A program made the position numbers and the translations under genes. A model generated the notes under the pieces. The model worked only from the letters and a program-made list of their open reading frames with translations, was not told the origin of the DNA and did not search any database. A DNA stretch of 60,500 bases, the filler included. It is 3 parts of 3 records of this genome, joined end to end, with 100 filler letters (N's around TTAATTAATTAA, not from the genome) between each part and the next. Parts side by side here need not be neighbours in the genome. Positions count along the whole stretch, not along the records: positions 38,329 to 60,500 come from SRR20825019_165; 2 more parts are not named here. The stretch is one strand, 5' to 3'. Shown piece by piece: positions 57,995 to 60,500 of this stretch. The number at the start of each line of letters is the position of its first letter. The first letter of the stretch is position 1.

Positions 57995-58011
57995 AACTGA
58001 ATCATTCAGTT
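57995..58011. promoter_or_regulatory. Perfect palindrome, putative TetR-type operator
   Basis: AACTGAAT-C-ATTCAGTT in an AT-rich intergenic region. Confidence 0.5.
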
Positions 58012-58159
58012 GAATTATTTTAGATTCAGAATGAGAACACAAATTTAGTGCCACTTTGGAAACGATTTTCGAGGCGCTGGTGCGGTTTCGAATAGTGTTT
58101 TTTCGGCTTTCTTCAGCAGCCCCCTTTTTTCGGACAGAGGCCAACGCGGCATCAGAAGT

Positions 58160-58175
58160 TTTACCGTTTGATAAA
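58160..58175 (+). promoter_or_regulatory. Putative RutR/PydR-like operator for preTA
   Basis: TTTACCGTTTGATAAA, an imperfect match to the RutR-type TTGACCAnnTGGTCAA, just upstream of pyrimidine catabolism genes. Confidence 0.45.
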
Positions 58176-58214
58176 AATTTTAAATCACGCTAAAGTTTCA
58201 GTATAAAACCAAAA

Positions 58215-59591
58215 ATGGGGAACATAGCGATGGATGACTTGAAACCTGCCCTTCGGGGCGGACGTTTGACGCCTGACGACTACACAAGCAATTTTTCCGA
58301 TCTCCACCCACCGCTTGGTCGTCATGAAGCTGCTGTCGAGGCCGATCGTTGCTACTTTTGCTACGACGCACCGTGCATGACGGCCTGTCCGACAGCGATC
58401 GATATTCCGCTCTTCATTCGTCAGATTTCGACAGACAACGCGCTTGGTGCAGCCCAAACAATTCTCGACCAGAATATTCTGGGCGGCATGTGCGCACGTG
58501 TCTGTCCCACCGAAACCTTGTGCGAGGAAGCCTGTGTCCGCAACACGGCAGAAGAAAAACCCGTCGAAATCGGCCTTCTCCAGCGTTATGCCACTGACAA
58601 GGCCATGGCAGATGGCAAACAGTTCTACACGCGTCTGAGGGAAACAGGAAAACGCGTTGCTGTTGTTGGTGCCGGACCAGCGGGCCTTGCCTGCGCCCAT
58701 CGCCTGGCGATGGCTGGTCACGATGCAATCATCTTTGAAGCGAGAAACAAGGCGGGCGGGCTGAACGAATACGGTCTTGCTGCCTACAAAACGACCGACG
58801 ACTTTGCCCGGAAAGAAATCGATTATCTGATGGAAATCGGCGGCATCGAAATCCGCTGCGGTCAGGCGCTTGGTCAGGATTTCACGCTGGAAGATCTGCG
58901 TCGGGAATATGATGCGGTGTTCATTGGCATCGGCCTTGGTGATGTGAACGCGCTTGGCATTCCCGGCGAAGATCTGGCGGGTTGCGAAAATGCTGTCGAT
59001 TTCATCGGGGCGCTCCGTCAGGCCGATGACCTCGCCACCATCCCGGTTGGCTCAAACGTCGTTGTACTCGGCGGCGGCATGACCGCAATCGATGCAGCGG
59101 TCCAGTCAAAGCTGCTGGGTGCCGACGAGGTGACGCTGTGCTACCGCCGCGGGGCGGATGCCATGGGTGCCTCGAAATTCGAGCAGGAACTCGCAGCGTC
59201 GAAAGGCGTCTTCATTCGCCACTATCTGGCGCCAAAGGAGATACTCGGCGAAGAAGGCAAGGTCGCGGGCATTCTCTTCGAACACACCGAGCTGCGGGAT
59301 GGCAAGCTGATCACCACGGGCGAAGCCGGTGTGATTGCCGCTGATCATATTCTAAAGGCGATTGGCCAGACGTTTGTGGAAGAGCATCTCAATGGTCTGA
59401 AACTGGAAAACGGCCGCATTGCCGTTGATGACGAAGGCCGCACCAGCCTGCCCGACGTATGGGCAGGCGGCGACTGCATCAAACGCGGCGAGGATTTGAC
59501 CGTCACCTCGGTTGCGCAAGGGCGCGACGCGGCAATTGCCATCAACAGAATGCTCGCCGGAGAAGAAGCCGGCGTAAGCGCTGTCGCCTGA
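58215..59591 (+). CDS. preT: Dihydropyrimidine dehydrogenase subunit PreT (GltD-like; start may be 58230)
   Basis: EADRCYFCYDAPC...CP, CARVCP....CE..C, GAGPAG, GGGMTAIDAA. Directly upstream of preA. Confidence 0.9.
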   Translation: MGNIAMDDLKPALRGGRLTPDDYTSNFSDLHPPLGRHEAAVEADRCYFCYDAPCMTACPTAIDIPLFIRQISTDNALGAAQTILDQNILGGMCARVCPTETLCEEACVRNTAEEKPVEIGLLQRYATDKAMADGKQFYTRLRETGKRVAVVGAGPAGLACAHRLAMAGHDAIIFEARNKAGGLNEYGLAAYKTTDDFARKEIDYLMEIGGIEIRCGQALGQDFTLEDLRREYDAVFIGIGLGDVNALGIPGEDLAGCENAVDFIGALRQADDLATIPVGSNVVVLGGGMTAIDAAVQSKLLGADEVTLCYRRGADAMGASKFEQELAASKGVFIRHYLAPKEILGEEGKVAGILFEHTELRDGKLITTGEAGVIAADHILKAIGQTFVEEHLNGLKLENGRIAVDDEGRTSLPDVWAGGDCIKRGEDLTVTSVAQGRDAAIAINRMLAGEEAGVSAVA

Positions 59592-59612
59592 AAAACGGGT
59601 AGGAGAAAAACA

Positions 59613-60500
59613 ATGGCTGATCTTTCAAGTAATTTTGTCGGCATCAAATCGCCCAACCCGTTCTGGCTCGCCTCGGCTCCGCCCACGGACAAGGCCTACA
59701 ATGTCGAGCGCGCCTTCCGCGAAGGCTGGGGCGGTGTCGTCTGGAAAACACTCGGCGAAGAAGGCCCGCCGGTCGTAAACGTCAACGGGCCGCGCTATGG
59801 CGCGATCTGGGGGGCTGACCGCCGCCTACTCGGCCTGAACAATATCGAACTGATCACTGATCGCGATCTCTATACCAATCTACGTGAAATCAAGGAGGTC
59901 AAAAGTCGCTGGCCGGATCGCGCCATCGTCGTATCGATCATGGTACCGTGTGATGAGGAAAGCTGGAAAGCGATCCTGCCGCTGGTGGAAGAAACCGGTG
60001 CGGATGGCATTGAACTCAACTTCGGCTGTCCTCACGGCATGTCAGAGCGCGGCATGGGGGCGGCCGTTGGACAGGTGCCTGATTATATCGAGATGGTCGT
60101 GCGCTGGTGCAAGCAATACTCACGCATGCCGGTCATCACCAAGCTGACACCGAATATCACCGATATCCGTCAGGCCGCACGCGCAGCCAGGCGCGGTGGC
60201 ACCGATGCGGTTTCACTCATCAACACGATCAACTCCATCGTTTCGGTTGATCTTGATGCCATGGCGCCCTCACCCACGGTTGGCGGCAAGGGAACGCATG
60301 GCGGCTATTGCGGCCCCGCGGTAAAACCGATCGCCCTCCATATGGTAGCCGAAATCGCACGTGACGCCGAAACGTCCAATCTGCCGATTTCGGGGATCGG
60401 TGGAATAACCACCTGGCGAGATGCAGCTGAGTTCATGACACTCGGCGCGGGGAACGTTCAGGTTTGCACGGCGGCGATGACCTATGGCTTCAAGATCGTC
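59613..60500 (+). CDS. preA: Dihydropyrimidine dehydrogenase subunit PreA (3' truncated)
   Basis: Manual translation MADLSSNFVGIKSPNPFWLASAPPTDKAYNV...GLNNIELI...ELNFGCPHGMSERGMG...KLTPNITD. RBS AGGAG. Not in the ORF track. Confidence 0.95.
   Translation, partial: MADLSSNFVGIKSPNPFWLASAPPTDKAYNVERAFREGWGGVVWKTLGEEGPPVVNVNGPRYGAIWGADRRLLGLNNIELITDRDLYTNLREIKEVKSRWPDRAIVVSIMVPCDEESWKAILPLVEETGADGIELNFGCPHGMSERGMGAAVGQVPDYIEMVVRWCKQYSRMPVITKLTPNITDIRQAARAARRGGTDAVSLINTINSIVSVDLDAMAPSPTVGGKGTHGGYCGPAVKPIALHMVAEIARDAETSNLPISGIGGITTWRDAAEFMTLGAGNVQVCTAAMTYGFKIV

Overview
This window is three unrelated contigs joined by 100-nt artificial spacers (N44-TTAATTAATTAA-N44 at 30160-30259 and 38229-38328). 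(1) 1-30159 is a high-GC alphaproteobacterium (Rhodospirillales-like, by inference). It carries an ABC ATPase fragment, regB/regA, a degenerate EAL protein and a Wzx/Wzy exopolysaccharide cluster (OM beta-barrel, short OPX, Wzc, WcaJ, epimerase, GT26, two GT4, Wzy, GT2, methyltransferase, two uncharacterised proteins, Wzx). A Cys-rich HicA-like/HTH gene pair with a palindromic operator interrupts the cluster. Two paralogous RTX + 8x FG-GAP secreted proteins follow. (2) 30260-38228 is eukaryotic (protist-like, short GT-AG introns). It encodes a multi-exon, signal-peptide-bearing atypical kinase (>970 aa, DFD motif, no Gly loop) that the ORF track shows only as fragments, a 4-TM orphan and a histidine phosphatase. 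The two upstream intergenic regions are ultra-GC-rich, with short AT-richer cores that share an exact 14-bp motif. (3) 38329-60500 is mostly Rhizobiaceae-like housekeeping DNA: rpsB start with its leader, eipB, RidA, GDPD, DUF482 GNAT, HIT, AKR, YhaO/YhaN, MgtC, ppa, GNAT, lpxK, waaA, DUF4170, CysQ-like, PmbA, KefB/C, an emrA relic and preT/preA. All calls come from reading the sequence by eye. No database searches were run.
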